From assembly GCA_046882065.1 (NCBI GenBank), contig JBKSMY010000005.1:1-55264 (forward strand): a stretch of DNA of 55,264 nucleotides, read 5' to 3'. Both the position numbers and the translations under genes were made by a program. The stretch is from Alphaproteobacteria bacterium (GTDB taxonomy: Bacteria; Pseudomonadota; Alphaproteobacteria; Rs-D84). The notes beneath the pieces were generated by a model. The model did not search any database and was not told the DNA's origin. It was given only the letters and a program-made list of their open reading frames with translations. This document shows positions 55,020 to 55,264 of the stretch, piece by piece (the stretch's first letter is position 1; every line of letters begins with the position of its first letter).

Positions 55020-55264
55020 ATGACCCCATCAGAATTTCGACAATATGAATATGCCTGTGCTATGGCGCGTACCGCCGGCGTAAATGTGGAATTCAGTCCA
55101 ACTGCCACCGCCACCACAAACGCAGACTCTGTGCTGGACGCTACCAAACTGATAAACCTGGGCTGGCAACCGCAGTATGATTTAGAGCAGAGCATAAAAA
55201 ACACACACTTCAACAAAAACAACAATAAATCCCCCCCTTTGGGGGATTTTTATCAAGAAAACTT
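55020..55264 (+). pseudogene. Probable C-terminal remnant of an NAD-dependent epimerase/dehydratase (SDR) gene
   Basis: The frame reads MTPSEFRQYEYACAMARTAGVNVEFSPTATATTNADSVLDATKLINLGWQPQYDLEQSIKNT. LD.(S/T)KL..LGW.P...LE..I..T is the typical SDR-epimerase C-terminus. Only about 70 residues are present, there is no upstream Rossmann part, and the frame runs through the terminator hairpin without a stop. Confidence 0.3.
55227..55252 (+). terminator. Hairpin terminator
   Basis: atccccc-ccttt-gggggat followed by tttta. Confidence 0.5.

Noticed and set aside
1-55264. Prophage, integrative element, IS element, CRISPR-Cas, restriction-modification system or rRNA operon
   Set aside because: Reading all ORFs on both strands, I found no integrase, transposase, terminase, capsid, Cas, methyltransferase/REase pair or rRNA-like sequence. 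The only mobile-element-like hints are the HNH gene and the tRNA-flanking repeats.

Overview
This 55.3-kb chromosomal segment appears to come from an alphaproteobacterium. That reading rests on motifs seen by eye: a GcrA cell-cycle regulator, a DUF2155-like protein, and a ruvB-ybgC-tolQRA arrangement. No database, HMM or folding search could be run, so all family names are motif recognition and need confirmation.

I count about 60 protein genes and one tRNA-Gly(CCC). I found no rRNA, CRISPR array, integrase or transposase.

Housekeeping backbone: tig, thyA, rsmH, dnaE, secA, ybgC-tolQ-tolR-tolA-like, ruvB, an OmpR/EnvZ-type two-component pair, argS, dnaK, rpsP-rimM-trmD-rplS, a phosphofructokinase, xseA, tsaD, gcrA and leuS. 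Genes are tightly packed, with many ATGA/TAATG start-stop overlaps. Convergent or tail-to-tail gene ends carry a very uniform family of short GC-stem hairpin terminators.

Between the backbone genes sit many lineage-specific secreted, cysteine-rich proteins that I cannot assign to a family.

Best candidates for something undescribed:
1. 45864-51560: an operon of an orphan A24 prepilin peptidase, two translationally coupled large secreted paralogs, a secreted GH108-type muramidase with a Pro/Thr linker, and a small Cys-rich secreted protein.
2. 41603-43127: an AbiEii/MenT-like nucleotidyltransferase with no AbiEi partner, paired with an AQ1575-type metallophosphoesterase and expressed from a near-leaderless consensus promoter.
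3. 27070-27290: a structured leader or small RNA of about 180 nt with mutually exclusive pairings, ahead of a small secreted peptide and a BspA-like LRR protein.
4. 29869-31192: three small Cys-rich ORFs wedged into the normally invariant rpsP-rimM-trmD-rplS operon.
5. 31825-31962: two tandem 69-bp degenerate mini-copies of tRNA-Gly directly 3' of the real tRNA.
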